Source: Cylindrospermopsis raciborskii Cr2010 (lineage in GTDB: Bacteria > Cyanobacteriota > Cyanobacteriia > Cyanobacteriales > Nostocaceae). Taken from it: DNA of 32,000 bases. The position numbers and the translations under genes were made by a program. The stretch's first letter is position 1. Each line of letters opens with the position of its first letter. Location: NCBI RefSeq assembly GCF_003367075.2, contig NZ_CP065936.1:870001-902000 (forward strand), read 5' to 3'. Below the pieces are notes generated by a model. It saw only the letters and a list, made by a program, of their open reading frames with translations. It made no database searches and was not told the DNA's origin. Shown one piece after another: positions 9,416 through 19,269 of the stretch.

Positions 9416-10210
9416 ATGATGTATTGGTATTGTGGTCAACTGATAAAATCAACAACACTGACATTAGATGTTGATGACCCAGGACTAATTTACGGAGCTA
9501 CAGTTTTTACAACTATTAGGGTATATCAAAGCTGTATAAATCATAGACTAACTAGTTGGCATGCTCACTGCTTTCGTTTAAAATCTACTCTAGAGACATT
9601 TGACTGGAAAGAGCCTAATTGGCTATCTATACGTCAAGGTGCGGAAATACTTTCACAAAATTTCCCCGTCATCAGAATCACTGTTTTCCCCGATGGTCGA
9701 GAATGGATTACAGGTAGATTCCTCCCAGAAAACCTAGCTGAAAGACAAAATCATGGTATAATGGTCGCTGTTGGCGATGTTAGATGGAACCGTTCCCTAC
9801 CCGAGCATAAAACTGGTAACTATCTGGCTCCTTGGTTGGCAAAAACTAATGCCCAAAGTCTCAAAGCCCAAGAAGTAATCTTAGTAGATAACCAGGGAAA
9901 TTGGCTGGAAACTGCCACTGGTAACCTCTGGGGTTGGAAAGACCACTGCTGGTGGACACCACCTCTCACAGAGGGAATTCTCCCGGGAATCGAGCGATCG
10001 CTCATTATCGGGCACTTACAAAAAAATCAAATTCCCGTCAAGCAAGAACCATGGACAGGAAACCTGGTCAAAAACCTAGAGGCGATCGCCTATAGCAACA
10101 GCGTGGTAGAGATAGTTCCCATATATATGGTGCAGGATTGTCAAGAGAGGTTAGAATATAATCCTAGACATTCATGCTTTTGGGAGATCAAAAGATTATT
10201 TCTATCATGA
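9416..10210 (+). CDS. Class IV aminotransferase, probably aminodeoxychorismate lyase-like
   Basis: YGATVFTTIRVY near the N-terminus, ETATGNLWGWKDHCWWTPPLTEGILPGIERS, and C-terminal EAIAYSNSVVEIVPI, all typical of the BCAT/ADCL family. Confidence 0.8.
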   Translation: MMYWYCGQLIKSTTLTLDVDDPGLIYGATVFTTIRVYQSCINHRLTSWHAHCFRLKSTLETFDWKEPNWLSIRQGAEILSQNFPVIRITVFPDGREWITGRFLPENLAERQNHGIMVAVGDVRWNRSLPEHKTGNYLAPWLAKTNAQSLKAQEVILVDNQGNWLETATGNLWGWKDHCWWTPPLTEGILPGIERSLIIGHLQKNQIPVKQEPWTGNLVKNLEAIAYSNSVVEIVPIYMVQDCQERLEYNPRHSCFWEIKRLFLS

Positions 10211-10319
10211 CAGGAGTGAAGTTTTGGTATATCTTAAAATAAGTTAACATAATTCTCATAAAATCTCTCTTATTTTAGAGAACTTAGACTAACGCCCAAA
10301 ACTAGGAGGATATACCTCA

Positions 10320-12161
10320 GTGAACAAGAGATGGAGAAATGCGGGGCTGTACGCGCTGTTATTTATAGTAGTAATAGCCTTAGGGACAGCGTTTTTTGAC
10401 AATCAACCGCCACAGGTAGAAACGTGGAGGTATAGTGAATTTATCCAACAGGTGGAACAGGGGCGGGTAGAAAGAGTTAGCCTCAGTTCAGATCGGACCA
10501 CAGCGGTGGTGACACCAAAATATGATCCGAATAAAAAGCGGGTCATCCTGGTCAACGACCCAGATTTAATCAACACCCTAAGCAATAAAGGTGTAGATAT
10601 TGCCGTACTACCTCAAACAGACGACGGATTTTGGTTTAGAGCACTCAGTAGCCTATTTTTCCCTGTATTGCTATTAGTAGGTTTATTTTTCCTACTACGT
10701 CGGGCCCAGAGTGGTCCTGGTAGTCAAGCGATGAACTTTGGGAAATCTAAAGCCAGAGTGCAAATGGAACCCCAAACCCAAGTTACCTTTGGGGATGTGG
10801 CGGGTATTGACCAAGCCAAACTGGAATTAAATGAAGTTGTAGACTTTTTAAAAAATGCTGATCGCTTTACTGCTATTGGCGCGAAAATTCCTAAAGGTGT
10901 ATTATTAGTAGGACCACCAGGGACAGGTAAAACCCTATTAGCACGAGCAGTAGCAGGGGAAGCGGGTGTACCCTTCTTCAGTATTTCCGGATCAGAATTT
11001 GTGGAAATGTTCGTGGGTGTGGGTGCATCTAGAGTGCGAGACCTGTTTGAACAGGCAAAATCCAATGCTCCCTGTATAGTCTTCATTGATGAAATTGATG
11101 CGGTAGGTCGTCAAAGAGGAGCAGGTTTAGGGGGAGGTAACGATGAAAGAGAACAAACCCTCAACCAATTACTAACGGAAATGGATGGTTTTGAAGGTAA
11201 TACAGGAATTATCATTATTGCTGCCACTAACCGTCCAGACGTTCTTGATTCAGCTCTATTGCGTCCTGGTCGATTTGATCGTCAAGTAGTAGTAGACCGT
11301 CCTGACTATGGTGGAAGGAGTGAAATCCTCAGAGTTCATGCTAGAGGTAAAACCCTATCAAAAGATGTAGACCTAGATAGAATTGCCCGTCGCACTCCCG
11401 GATTCACCGGTGCGGACCTATCCAACCTGTTGAACGAAGCAGCAATTTTAGCAGCACGTCGCAACTTGACCGAAATTTCCATGGATGAAATTAACGATGC
11501 TATTGATCGGGTATTAGCAGGTCCAGAAAAGAAAGACCGGGTAATGAGCGAAAAACGCAAAACCTTGGTAGCATATCATGAAGCTGGTCATGCTTTAGTT
11601 GGTGCATTAATGCCTGATTATGACCCCGTACAAAAAATTAGCATTATCCCCCGTGGTCGTGCAGGTGGTTTAACCTGGTTTACTCCCAGTGAAGACCGGA
11701 TGGATACAGGCTTGTATAGCCGCGCATATCTAGAAAATCAAATGGCCGTTGCGTTGGGTGGTCGTTTAGCAGAAGAAATTATTTTTGGTGAAGAAGAAGT
11801 AACCACTGGTGCTTCCAACGACCTGCAACAGGTAGCTAGAGTAGCTAGACAAATGATTACTCGTTTTGGTATGAGCGATCGCTTGGGTCCTGTAGCTTTA
11901 GGTCGTCAGCAAGGTAATATGTTTCTAGGTAGAGACATCATGTCCGAACGGGATTTCTCGGAGGAGACTGCCGCTGCAATTGACGAAGAAGTTCGCAAAC
12001 TTGTTGATACGGCATACTCCCGAGCCAAGGAAGTACTACTAAATAACCGTCAGATTTTAGACCAAATTGCTCAAATGCTGATTGATAAAGAAACGGTGGA
12101 TGCTGACGAATTGCAGGATATCCTATCTAATAATGATGTAAAAACGGCAGCCTTTGCCTAA
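10320..12161 (+). CDS. ftsH: ATP-dependent zinc metalloprotease FtsH
   Basis: GTG start. Walker [31 protein letters not shown], Walker [19 protein letters not shown], zinc motif HEAGH. Confidence 0.98.
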   Translation: MNKRWRNAGLYALLFIVVIALGTAFFDNQPPQVETWRYSEFIQQVEQGRVERVSLSSDRTTAVVTPKYDPNKKRVILVNDPDLINTLSNKGVDIAVLPQTDDGFWFRALSSLFFPVLLLVGLFFLLRRAQSGPGSQAMNFGKSKARVQMEPQTQVTFGDVAGIDQAKLELNEVVDFLKNADRFTAIGAKIPKGVLLVGPPGTGKTLLARAVAGEAGVPFFSISGSEFVEMFVGVGASRVRDLFEQAKSNAPCIVFIDEIDAVGRQRGAGLGGGNDEREQTLNQLLTEMDGFEGNTGIIIIAATNRPDVLDSALLRPGRFDRQVVVDRPDYGGRSEILRVHARGKTLSKDVDLDRIARRTPGFTGADLSNLLNEAAILAARRNLTEISMDEINDAIDRVLAGPEKKDRVMSEKRKTLVAYHEAGHALVGALMPDYDPVQKISIIPRGRAGGLTWFTPSEDRMDTGLYSRAYLENQMAVALGGRLAEEIIFGEEEVTTGASNDLQQVARVARQMITRFGMSDRLGPVALGRQQGNMFLGRDIMSERDFSEETAAAIDEEVRKLVDTAYSRAKEVLLNNRQILDQIAQMLIDKETVDADELQDILSNNDVKTAAFA

Positions 12162-12183
12162 ACTAGCAAATCACCGATCTTAA

Positions 12184-13635
12184 TTAGGTCGGTGACACTA
12201 GATTTAATTGAGTAATAATTTCCCAGGGGTCTGCTACAAAAACAATAGTACCATCGGAGTCAATGGTAACTCCTGCAAGACCAGTGGGTTTGGGTAAAAT
12301 TCCCGGGAATTGTTTAACAAAGATTTCCCTTTCACCCAACACCTGGTCAACCTGGAGAGCGACTACAATATCACTACTACCGGGGTGAAGAATAACTACA
12401 GAAGTGTTTTGACCATTGTCCGTTGAGGGAGTATTAAAAATTTGACGATGAAATCCTAATACTTCAGAGAGAGTGCGTAAAGGCAAAATCCGTTCTCCCC
12501 AGCGGATAAATGGTTTACCTTTAGCATCCCTGGCCAGGTCTTTCACCAATATATCCATGGTTTCCATCACATATTCCTGATGGAAAGCAATTGTGTAGTT
12601 ATGGAAAACACAACATATAGCTCCACAAGCAGTCAGACCACTTAAACTAATAGGTAACTTGATAGTCAAAGTTCTAGAGGAATCAGTGCTAATAGTGCCA
12701 TAAACTTGGTGAAGAATGGGTAGCAAATTTTGGATTAGCCTATGGTAGTTAATTCCCAGAGTATTATTAGCTACAGATATAAAAGTTATAGATAGGAGAT
12801 TATATTTACCCTTAACAGAAACCTGGATAGTGATTTTTCCTGCAGGTGATTTGCCAGAAGCAATGCGAACTGAAGGAGTTTTAGTTTCCTGGGACATAGC
12901 ATGATGGAGTATATAAATCAGACAATCAGTCAGGTGGGGTAAAATTAGCTTATCCACAAGAGTTTCTTGTCCTTGTATAACCAAGTCTACCTTTTTGCCA
13001 TACTTCACTCCATCAATAGTCACCTGATTACGTAATCGTTCACTAGCTCGAGCAAAAGGGATCCGTTGTATGCTGACACAACTATCTCGTAATTTTTCCG
13101 TGACTTGATCACACTGCTCACTTAAAGTTTGAATTTCCTCTTGAACAAAATCAATATCTACTGCGGACTCCACCATGGTGGAAGTACATTCTATAATTTC
13201 TTGGTGCAGGGAATAAAAAGGACTAGATGGGTCATTTAACTCTTGTATTCTGATACCGATCTGAGAAAGCTGTTGAATTTGAGAGAGCAGATGGTCTAAA
13301 GATTGGCACAGGTACTGGTGATTATGTGCTAGGACATGGTGACTGGTCAGCAAGTCCCCCACCAAACTTGCCATTTGATTTAAATGATCAAAAGAAATAT
13401 TGACACCCTCCTTACCCGCAAGAGACGAGGGCTCTGGTATTTTGGCAACTTGGTATTTTCTCTCTGTGGGAGTAGGACCAGCTCCCTTTTCCCTGACTAT
13501 TTGTGATGAGACTTGTTTAGATCCTGCCAATAAGCTATCTTCCAACTCCTTAATCAAATCTTCCAAATTCTCATCTACAGGTTTTTTTTCAGGTTTGTTT
13601 CCCGTATCTTCCCAAAAACTATTAGCATCATGCAT
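12184..13635 (-). CDS. CheA-like protein lacking a recognisable HPt domain, with degenerate ATPase region and C-terminal CheW-like domain
   Basis: CheA dimerisation-like region (VNISFDHLNQMASLVGDLLTSHHVL), RIPFARASERLRNQV...GKKVDLVIQGQETLVDK, and CheW-like C-terminus. The HN box, DxGxG and GxGxG motifs are not recognisable. Confidence 0.8.
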   Translation of the reverse strand: MHDANSFWEDTGNKPEKKPVDENLEDLIKELEDSLLAGSKQVSSQIVREKGAGPTPTERKYQVAKIPEPSSLAGKEGVNISFDHLNQMASLVGDLLTSHHVLAHNHQYLCQSLDHLLSQIQQLSQIGIRIQELNDPSSPFYSLHQEIIECTSTMVESAVDIDFVQEEIQTLSEQCDQVTEKLRDSCVSIQRIPFARASERLRNQVTIDGVKYGKKVDLVIQGQETLVDKLILPHLTDCLIYILHHAMSQETKTPSVRIASGKSPAGKITIQVSVKGKYNLLSITFISVANNTLGINYHRLIQNLLPILHQVYGTISTDSSRTLTIKLPISLSGLTACGAICCVFHNYTIAFHQEYVMETMDILVKDLARDAKGKPFIRWGERILPLRTLSEVLGFHRQIFNTPSTDNGQNTSVVILHPGSSDIVVALQVDQVLGEREIFVKQFPGILPKPTGLAGVTIDSDGTIVFVADPWEIITQLNLVSPT

Positions 13636-13670
13636 ACTTTTTGTTTTTACCTAGGTTTAAATAATGGTAT

Positions 13671-15122
13671 TTAGGGGGAGTTAAGAGTTGCTTTCTCAAT
13701 TGAGGAGTCTATATCAGCTATTATAGGAGTAATATCTTCCAGAGATTGCCTAGCTTGTTGTGCAAGTTTCGTGCTATTGATAACTCGTTGTTTACTCCCT
13801 TCCATAGTGAGTAGGATATGGTTAGTCTCCTTATCAATGTTTCCAAACATGTCTTGAATCTGCTTAATAGATTTAGCTGTCTTATCTGCTAGTTGGGATA
13901 TTTCATTGGCCATAATTGCCAGTCCTCTTCCTCCTACGCCAGATTTTGTTGCTTCAATACTGACATTTAATGTTAACAAATTAGTACGAGAGGCTAATTG
14001 GGATGCTAAGGTAGCCAAGGAATTAATTTCTTGACAAGACTCGACCAAGTATTTTAGTTGAGGTTCGGTTTTTGTTAGGGTTTCTCCAACTACCAAAATT
14101 TCCGCCACCATGTTTTCCAGAGCTTCACTAACTTGACTATTAATGTCATTAACGCGATGAACCGAGGTTTGAGCTGCTTTACCTATTTTCCTGACTTCCT
14201 CTAGGGATTGGGTCATAGTTACTACGGAGTTAAGAGTGACTGCTAACTCTTTGGCTTGGCCGGAGTTTTGTTCCTGAAAAGCACGTCGAACAGATTGATG
14301 TGCCAGACCACCCATGGAAGCAGCAGTGATTCCACCTATAATTCCAGCACCTAGCGGTACTCCCCAATTGGCATTTCTCATCCATTCACGTTGGGATACC
14401 CATGAGCTGGTTCCAAAGCCAACTACAGCAGCTGTTAGGGCTGAGGTAAAACCTACTACTAGTGCGGTAGACCACTGCTGTTTTTTTAAAACAGCATTTA
14501 AGGAAGAATTTTGTCGAACGGGAACATTCTCTGGTAATGGATCTTGGGTACTTACGGATTTATCTTCTAGTAACCTTTGGTTATGGTTACCAGCTAATTC
14601 ATCATGGGTATCTATGTTTTCATCCATTTCTACCGGTTCCCAAGATGAAATACTTTTTAAATCATCAAATTCATCGAAATTAACCAGGAATTCAATTTTG
14701 TCCATATCGTTATAACTATACTTTTTATCTGATTCCAAAAGGTGTGATGGATCATTTTCTTCTATATCGGAAAACAGTTGTTCCACACTACTGGGATCTC
14801 CAATGAAAGCACCATCAGAACCACTCTTTAAAGCAGAGCTGTCAGTGACTAGCTCCTGTTCAATCACTTGCAATTTTTGACGAGCTGAACCTAGTATTTC
14901 TTGATTATTTGTTAAACCCAGTACCCGATCATATTCCGCTTTGGCAACCTTAAATTTTCCTAGAGCATAGTATATATTACCCCGCAACAGGTGGGAATTA
15001 GGGTCTTCTCCTAAAATGCTGACTACTTGGTCTATTAGAGTAGCAGCACTTTGATAATCACCTCTTATGTAAGCTGTTAATGCCTGCTGATATTTGGAAT
15101 TTGGCTCATCTGTACTTATCAT
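13671..15122 (-). CDS. Methyl-accepting chemotaxis-like protein with N-terminal TPR-like region
   Basis: TPR-like N-terminus (YQQALTAYIRGDYQSAATLIDQV...HLLRGNIYYALGKFKVAKAEYDRVL), glycine-rich membrane segment, and MCP signalling core ASRTNLLTLNVSIEATKSGVGGRGLAIMANEISQLADKT. Confidence 0.88.
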   Translation of the reverse strand: MISTDEPNSKYQQALTAYIRGDYQSAATLIDQVVSILGEDPNSHLLRGNIYYALGKFKVAKAEYDRVLGLTNNQEILGSARQKLQVIEQELVTDSSALKSGSDGAFIGDPSSVEQLFSDIEENDPSHLLESDKKYSYNDMDKIEFLVNFDEFDDLKSISSWEPVEMDENIDTHDELAGNHNQRLLEDKSVSTQDPLPENVPVRQNSSLNAVLKKQQWSTALVVGFTSALTAAVVGFGTSSWVSQREWMRNANWGVPLGAGIIGGITAASMGGLAHQSVRRAFQEQNSGQAKELAVTLNSVVTMTQSLEEVRKIGKAAQTSVHRVNDINSQVSEALENMVAEILVVGETLTKTEPQLKYLVESCQEINSLATLASQLASRTNLLTLNVSIEATKSGVGGRGLAIMANEISQLADKTAKSIKQIQDMFGNIDKETNHILLTMEGSKQRVINSTKLAQQARQSLEDITPIIADIDSSIEKATLNSP

Positions 15123-15679
15123 TTCTCCTCCTGATTAAATTTGACCATACTTGCCCATTTATCGCTTTGCAGAATTATTTTTTGATTAATCAGTTTTACG
15201 GACTTGTTATTTTCACTATCTAGCCATTCCCCGTGAACAAAAGGAACTGTGTCATCTGGTACATCGGTTGGAGCTACTACAGATTCCATATCTAACCAAA
15301 ACGTAGCACATATTTGGTCTACTGCTAAACCAATTATGGTGTCTTCATACTCAGTCGTAATAACTGATACTTGTGATCTACGTTCTAGATTTAAAGGTAT
15401 CATTTCTCCCATAAACTTTCCTAAGTCTACTACCCAAATTAACCGACTTCGCCAATTGACTACTCCTAAAACCAATGGGGAGGTGTTAGGAATGGGTATG
15501 ATTTGATTGGGAGTAACTTCTATTACCTCTTTGATGCTAATTAAGGGTAGGGCAAATTCCTCGGGTGAGGACAAATAAAACCTCAGATACAACTCGTCTT
15601 TTAAAGACGGGGATTGATTGAGACCTTTAGTATCAGTATTTTCTGGTAATTTGGCGTGTCGGTTTTGGCGAGTGATCAT
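15119..15679 (-). CDS. CheW-like domain protein
   Basis: FALPLISIKEVIEVTPNQIIPIPNTSPLVLGVVNWRSRLIWVVDLGKF is typical CheW. The ORF overlaps the following MCP start by 4 bp. Confidence 0.88.
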   Translation of the reverse strand: MITRQNRHAKLPENTDTKGLNQSPSLKDELYLRFYLSSPEEFALPLISIKEVIEVTPNQIIPIPNTSPLVLGVVNWRSRLIWVVDLGKFMGEMIPLNLERRSQVSVITTEYEDTIIGLAVDQICATFWLDMESVVAPTDVPDDTVPFVHGEWLDSENNKSVKLINQKIILQSDKWASMVKFNQEEK

Positions 15680-16190
15680 ATTTTCGGGAGTTTTCCAAGT
15701 GGGTTGTGGCCCATTCTAACTTTCTTTTTCTGTTGGAGTTAGAAACGGTTGTCGAATAACTATGGAAGCATTTTCTACTATTGCTATGCTACCACCAGGA
15801 AAAGGATCACTTTGAGAACGGTTGGGGGCGTTAATTAAATCCGTGATTTTTTCAATATGATCAAAATTGGGGGTTTGTGGTAACGCTTCCTGCAATATTT
15901 GACGGATCACCCGGCATTGGAGAGCTAAGGGCTGTTGTTTTAATAAATGACGATTCAGACGTAAATCACCATTTTCACACTTTGTTAAGGCTTGTAACCG
16001 CAACTGGTGAGCTACTTGTTCTAGATACTCTACTTCTGCTCGTAACAACTCTGCTGTATGAGATAAATGGGATTCCACCTGGGGGTTGAAGTTTGCTGCA
16101 AGATAGGGGAGTAACTGCTGACGAATACGATTTCGGGGGTACTGTAAATTTTGTGGAATGGTAAATCCCAACTAGTTGCTAGATTTTTTA
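15632..16190. repeat. Direct repeat copy A: cheW 5' end plus truncated tilS 3' region
   Basis: Closely matches 19562-20457 in the same orientation. Copy A lacks 24 bp in the cheW-start region and 313 bp inside tilS. Confidence 0.93.
15716..16190 (-). pseudogene. tilS: Truncated, internally deleted tilS copy without the ATP-pyrophosphatase domain
   Basis: From NLQYPRNRIRQQLLPYLAANFNPQVESHL to the stop it is near-identical to the tilS product at 19670-20677. Upstream it resumes at ATSWDLPFH in another frame, then homology ends at 16190. Confidence 0.92.
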
Positions 16191-16394
16191 ATAGCCTAAT
16201 TAAATGGCTACATATATTATGCTTGCACGCATTTAATCAAAGCCGCAATATATAAAACTCAGATTGGTAAATTAATTACCCGATGTCAAAGCAAAAATAA
16301 TTAATCACTGGAGGCTGAAAAATTATCACAAAAATATAGTATTCCTATTTAATTTGTAGAGTTACTCATGTATGATGATAACTGCAATTTTTAA

Positions 16395-17483
16395 TTGAGG
16401 ATATTAATAATGAGTCAACCGACTTACAAATTATTATTTATGTCCACAGGTGTTGGTGCTTTGGGTTCAGGGTTAGGTGGTGGAATAGAAGTCACCCTCC
16501 CCAATATTGTCAAAGCAATGCAGCAAAGAGGACACACAATAGATATTGTCGCACCAGCAGGTTCTCGCAGTGGTTCGTTACCTTTGATAGAAATACCCGG
16601 AAATACACAAAATGCCGCCCAAGATCAAAAGTATGATGCAGAAATAGGGATTCCGACAAATTCAGTTTTAGCAAATATGTGGAGTTATGCTTATCAAGTA
16701 CAGGGAAATTATGATTTAATTTTGAATTTTAGCTATGATTGGTTGCCATTATATTTAACGCAATTTTTTCATCGTCCAGTTGCCCATTTAATTAGTATGA
16801 GTTCTTTACTGGATGCGATGGATGATATGATTGCCAAGGTAGCAACTCAGTTTCCCCATGCTATTGGTGTTCACTCAAAAACACAAGCTGCAACTTTTCC
16901 TTGCCCTGATGAATGTGTTTGTTTATTTAATGGATTAGACTTGTCTTTGTATCAGTTTTGTGATCAACCTGGTAATAGCTTAGGTTGGGTAGGCCGCATA
17001 GCACCAGAAAAAGGTTTAGAAGATGCGGTAGCAGCAGCAAATACTTTAGGAATGCCTCTAAAAATCTTTGGTTTGATGCAAAATGAGGAATATTGGCAGC
17101 AAGTTCGTCAAGCGTATCCCGATGCACAGATAGATTACCAAGGATTTGTCTCTACAAACGAATTACAAGCGGGACTGAGGGAATGTCAAGCTATGTTAGC
17201 TACTCCCCACTGGATAGACGCTTTCCCCACTGTAGGTTTAGAATCTTTAGCTTGTGGAGTACCGGTGATTGCTTATAGTCGGGGCGGTTTAGTGGAAATA
17301 GTGGAAGATGGCAAAACTGGGTTTTTGGTTGAGCCAGATAGTGTACAAGGTTTAATAGATGCTGTTAAACGGGTACACACTATTGATCGTCAAAATTGTC
17401 GCCAGCAAGCAGAGAGTTTATATTCTTTGGCAGCAATGGGCGCTCGTGTAGAACAATGGTTTGAGAAGATTTTAAACAGATAA
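16395..17483 (+). CDS. GT4-family glycosyltransferase, resembling cyanobacterial UDP-glucose:tetrahydrobiopterin glucosyltransferase (BGluT)
   Basis: N-terminal GALGSGLGGGIEVTLPNIVKAMQQRGH, LGWVGRIAPEKGLEDAVAAA, QGFVSTNELQAGL and VGLESLACGVPVIAYSRGGLVEIVEDGKTGFLV. GT4 assignment is strong. The BGluT-like assignment comes from recalled family resemblance. Confidence 0.75.
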   Translation: MRILIMSQPTYKLLFMSTGVGALGSGLGGGIEVTLPNIVKAMQQRGHTIDIVAPAGSRSGSLPLIEIPGNTQNAAQDQKYDAEIGIPTNSVLANMWSYAYQVQGNYDLILNFSYDWLPLYLTQFFHRPVAHLISMSSLLDAMDDMIAKVATQFPHAIGVHSKTQAATFPCPDECVCLFNGLDLSLYQFCDQPGNSLGWVGRIAPEKGLEDAVAAANTLGMPLKIFGLMQNEEYWQQVRQAYPDAQIDYQGFVSTNELQAGLRECQAMLATPHWIDAFPTVGLESLACGVPVIAYSRGGLVEIVEDGKTGFLVEPDSVQGLIDAVKRVHTIDRQNCRQQAESLYSLAAMGARVEQWFEKILNR

Positions 17484-17562
17484 GAAAAAATCAATAGTTT
17501 GCTTATTCCTTATCTGTTTTTACTGAACATGATATGACAGCAAAATATTCAAAATCTTTTGG

Positions 17563-17581
17563 GGTAAGCATCTTGCTTACC
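17563..17581. terminator. Possible shared hairpin between convergent genes
   Basis: GGTAAGC-ATCTT-GCTTACC perfect 7-bp stem with 5-nt loop between convergent stops at 17483 and 17592. There is no strong T-tract. Confidence 0.4.
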
Positions 17582-17591
17582 TCCAATTATT

Positions 17592-18335
17592 TTATGATAC
17601 TTGGCGTAAACGTTGAGCTTCTGCACCAAAATTCGGATTTTCAATTACATGATTGGGTTGACTCCATTGAGAGTTTTTTAGTGTAATTAAGGAAAAGCAA
17701 TCACACAAAATATCGCCACACCAATTAACTATTTCTTGGTGAAAACATTGTAAGCCAGCCTCTTGGGAGTATTGCTCAAATAGTTTAGCAGTCATGCTTT
17801 CTGCTCGCCAATGAATGTTTTCTACCTCTAGCTTTCCAGTAGCGGGATTGAGATAATTGCCCAAGTTAGAATGATGGATAAATCCTACACCATTGGGTTT
17901 AAGTTTCAGGGCTATCTGTTGTAAATAGGATTTAATGACATCTTTTTCCACATGGACTAAGGAATCAAAACTAAAAATGAAATCAATAGATTCATCTTCA
18001 ATCATGGTTAATGATTTTCCATCATTGACATGATATGTAATGTGAGAACAATCTGCAAAGCGTTCTTGACAAGCGGCAATACACTTTTCAGTTAAATCTA
18101 CGATAATTAAATCTTGACAATAATCCTTTAGGTATTGTGTCCAACGTCCAAAACCAGGAGCTATTTCTAATATTGTTGTTCCTGTTTTTGTCTCAGGAAT
18201 AAAGGTTTTAATTCGCGGATGTATAGTTCCAAAAAAACAGTTATCTGTTCCACCCCATGGACTCGACCATTCATTACCCTGTTGGGTCCAATCGTAATTA
18301 GACCATGTATTTAAGTTTTCCTGAACACTAGGCAT
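17592..18335 (-). CDS. Class I SAM-dependent methyltransferase
   Basis: Motif I ILEIAPGFGRWTQYLKDYC, then LIIVDLTEKCIAACQERF and IDFIFSFDSLVHVE. Confidence 0.87.
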   Translation of the reverse strand: MPSVQENLNTWSNYDWTQQGNEWSSPWGGTDNCFFGTIHPRIKTFIPETKTGTTILEIAPGFGRWTQYLKDYCQDLIIVDLTEKCIAACQERFADCSHITYHVNDGKSLTMIEDESIDFIFSFDSLVHVEKDVIKSYLQQIALKLKPNGVGFIHHSNLGNYLNPATGKLEVENIHWRAESMTAKLFEQYSQEAGLQCFHQEIVNWCGDILCDCFSLITLKNSQWSQPNHVIENPNFGAEAQRLRQVS

Positions 18336-18525
18336 TTTGATCTCCTATCAATGAAAATATGTTAAAAATACAAAGGTACAGCACTTAGGCTAGAGTGTGT
18401 ACTTAGAATCATACAGCAGTTTAGGTCAATTTCCGATACAATTGTGAAATTGATGTGCTTTTAGGCATAATATCAAATATTACGCATGATTTAGCTAAAT
18501 TATTGTATTCAGCAGGTAGAAAAAT

Positions 18526-19269
18526 ATGATCACACCACCTATTCCATCTTTTTTAAATAGCTTTTGGGAAGATGCTTTTAGTTTAAAGCAACATCTTCAG
18601 GGATTTTTAAGTTTGGATGAGCAAACATTAGAAAGTAAATTAGCTGCTGGTCAAAAAGAAATGGCTGAGTTAGGCCATAAAGATTTTGACTGGGAAAAAG
18701 CTACAGCTTTCTATCAGTATCAGGTGAAAAATGAGTATCTTTTTGAGCTTGGAGCTTGGCATTTAAACAGTCATGATTATATTGGTAATACTTTACTATT
18801 AATTGCCAAATATGCCCAAGGTAGGGTATTAGATTTTGGTGGGGGAATTGGTACTCATGCTATTGGTGCTGCACGTTCGCCAAATGTTAAAGAGGTGTTT
18901 TATTTTGATATTAATCCGATTAATTGCGAGTTTTTCGAATATCGAGCTAAACAATTAGGGTTAGACAAAAAAATAGTTTTGTGTCAAGAAATGCCTAGTT
19001 CAGAAATGTTTGATACTATTGTTTGTTTTGATGTTTTAGAGCATTTACCAGATCCTATTCAGCAATTACTTACGTTTCATCAGTCTTTAGATGATGCAGG
19101 AAAAATCATTATGAATTGGTATTTCTTTAAAGGTTTTAATCAAGAATATCCTTTTCACCATGATGAACCAGAATTGCTAGATAGGTTTTTTCAGACATTA
19201 CAAACTAAATTTGTAGAAGTTTTTCATCCTTATTTAATTACTGCTCGTTGTTATCGCAAATGGATTTAA
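18526..19269 (+). CDS. Class I SAM-dependent methyltransferase
   Basis: VLDFGGGIGTHAIGAARSPNVKEVFYFDINPINCEFFEYRAKQLG and MFDTIVCFDVLEHLPDPIQQL. Confidence 0.87.
   Translation: MITPPIPSFLNSFWEDAFSLKQHLQGFLSLDEQTLESKLAAGQKEMAELGHKDFDWEKATAFYQYQVKNEYLFELGAWHLNSHDYIGNTLLLIAKYAQGRVLDFGGGIGTHAIGAARSPNVKEVFYFDINPINCEFFEYRAKQLGLDKKIVLCQEMPSSEMFDTIVCFDVLEHLPDPIQQLLTFHQSLDDAGKIIMNWYFFKGFNQEYPFHHDEPELLDRFFQTLQTKFVEVFHPYLITARCYRKWI

Noticed and set aside
10265-10281. TCTCT...AGAGA inverted repeat upstream of ftsH
   Set aside because: The stem is too short and AT-rich to distinguish from chance in an intergenic region.
15877-16089. Plus-strand ORFs repeated at 15877-16089 and 19831-20043
   Set aside because: The two similar ORFs exist only because they are antisense to the duplicated tilS segment, so they are not independent evidence of a gene family.
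15716-16171. A functional separate TilS C-terminal domain protein
   Set aside because: The frame begins inside a deletion-created frameshift and upstream sequence continues as out-of-frame tilS. A pseudogene fragment is the simpler reading, though translation cannot be excluded.
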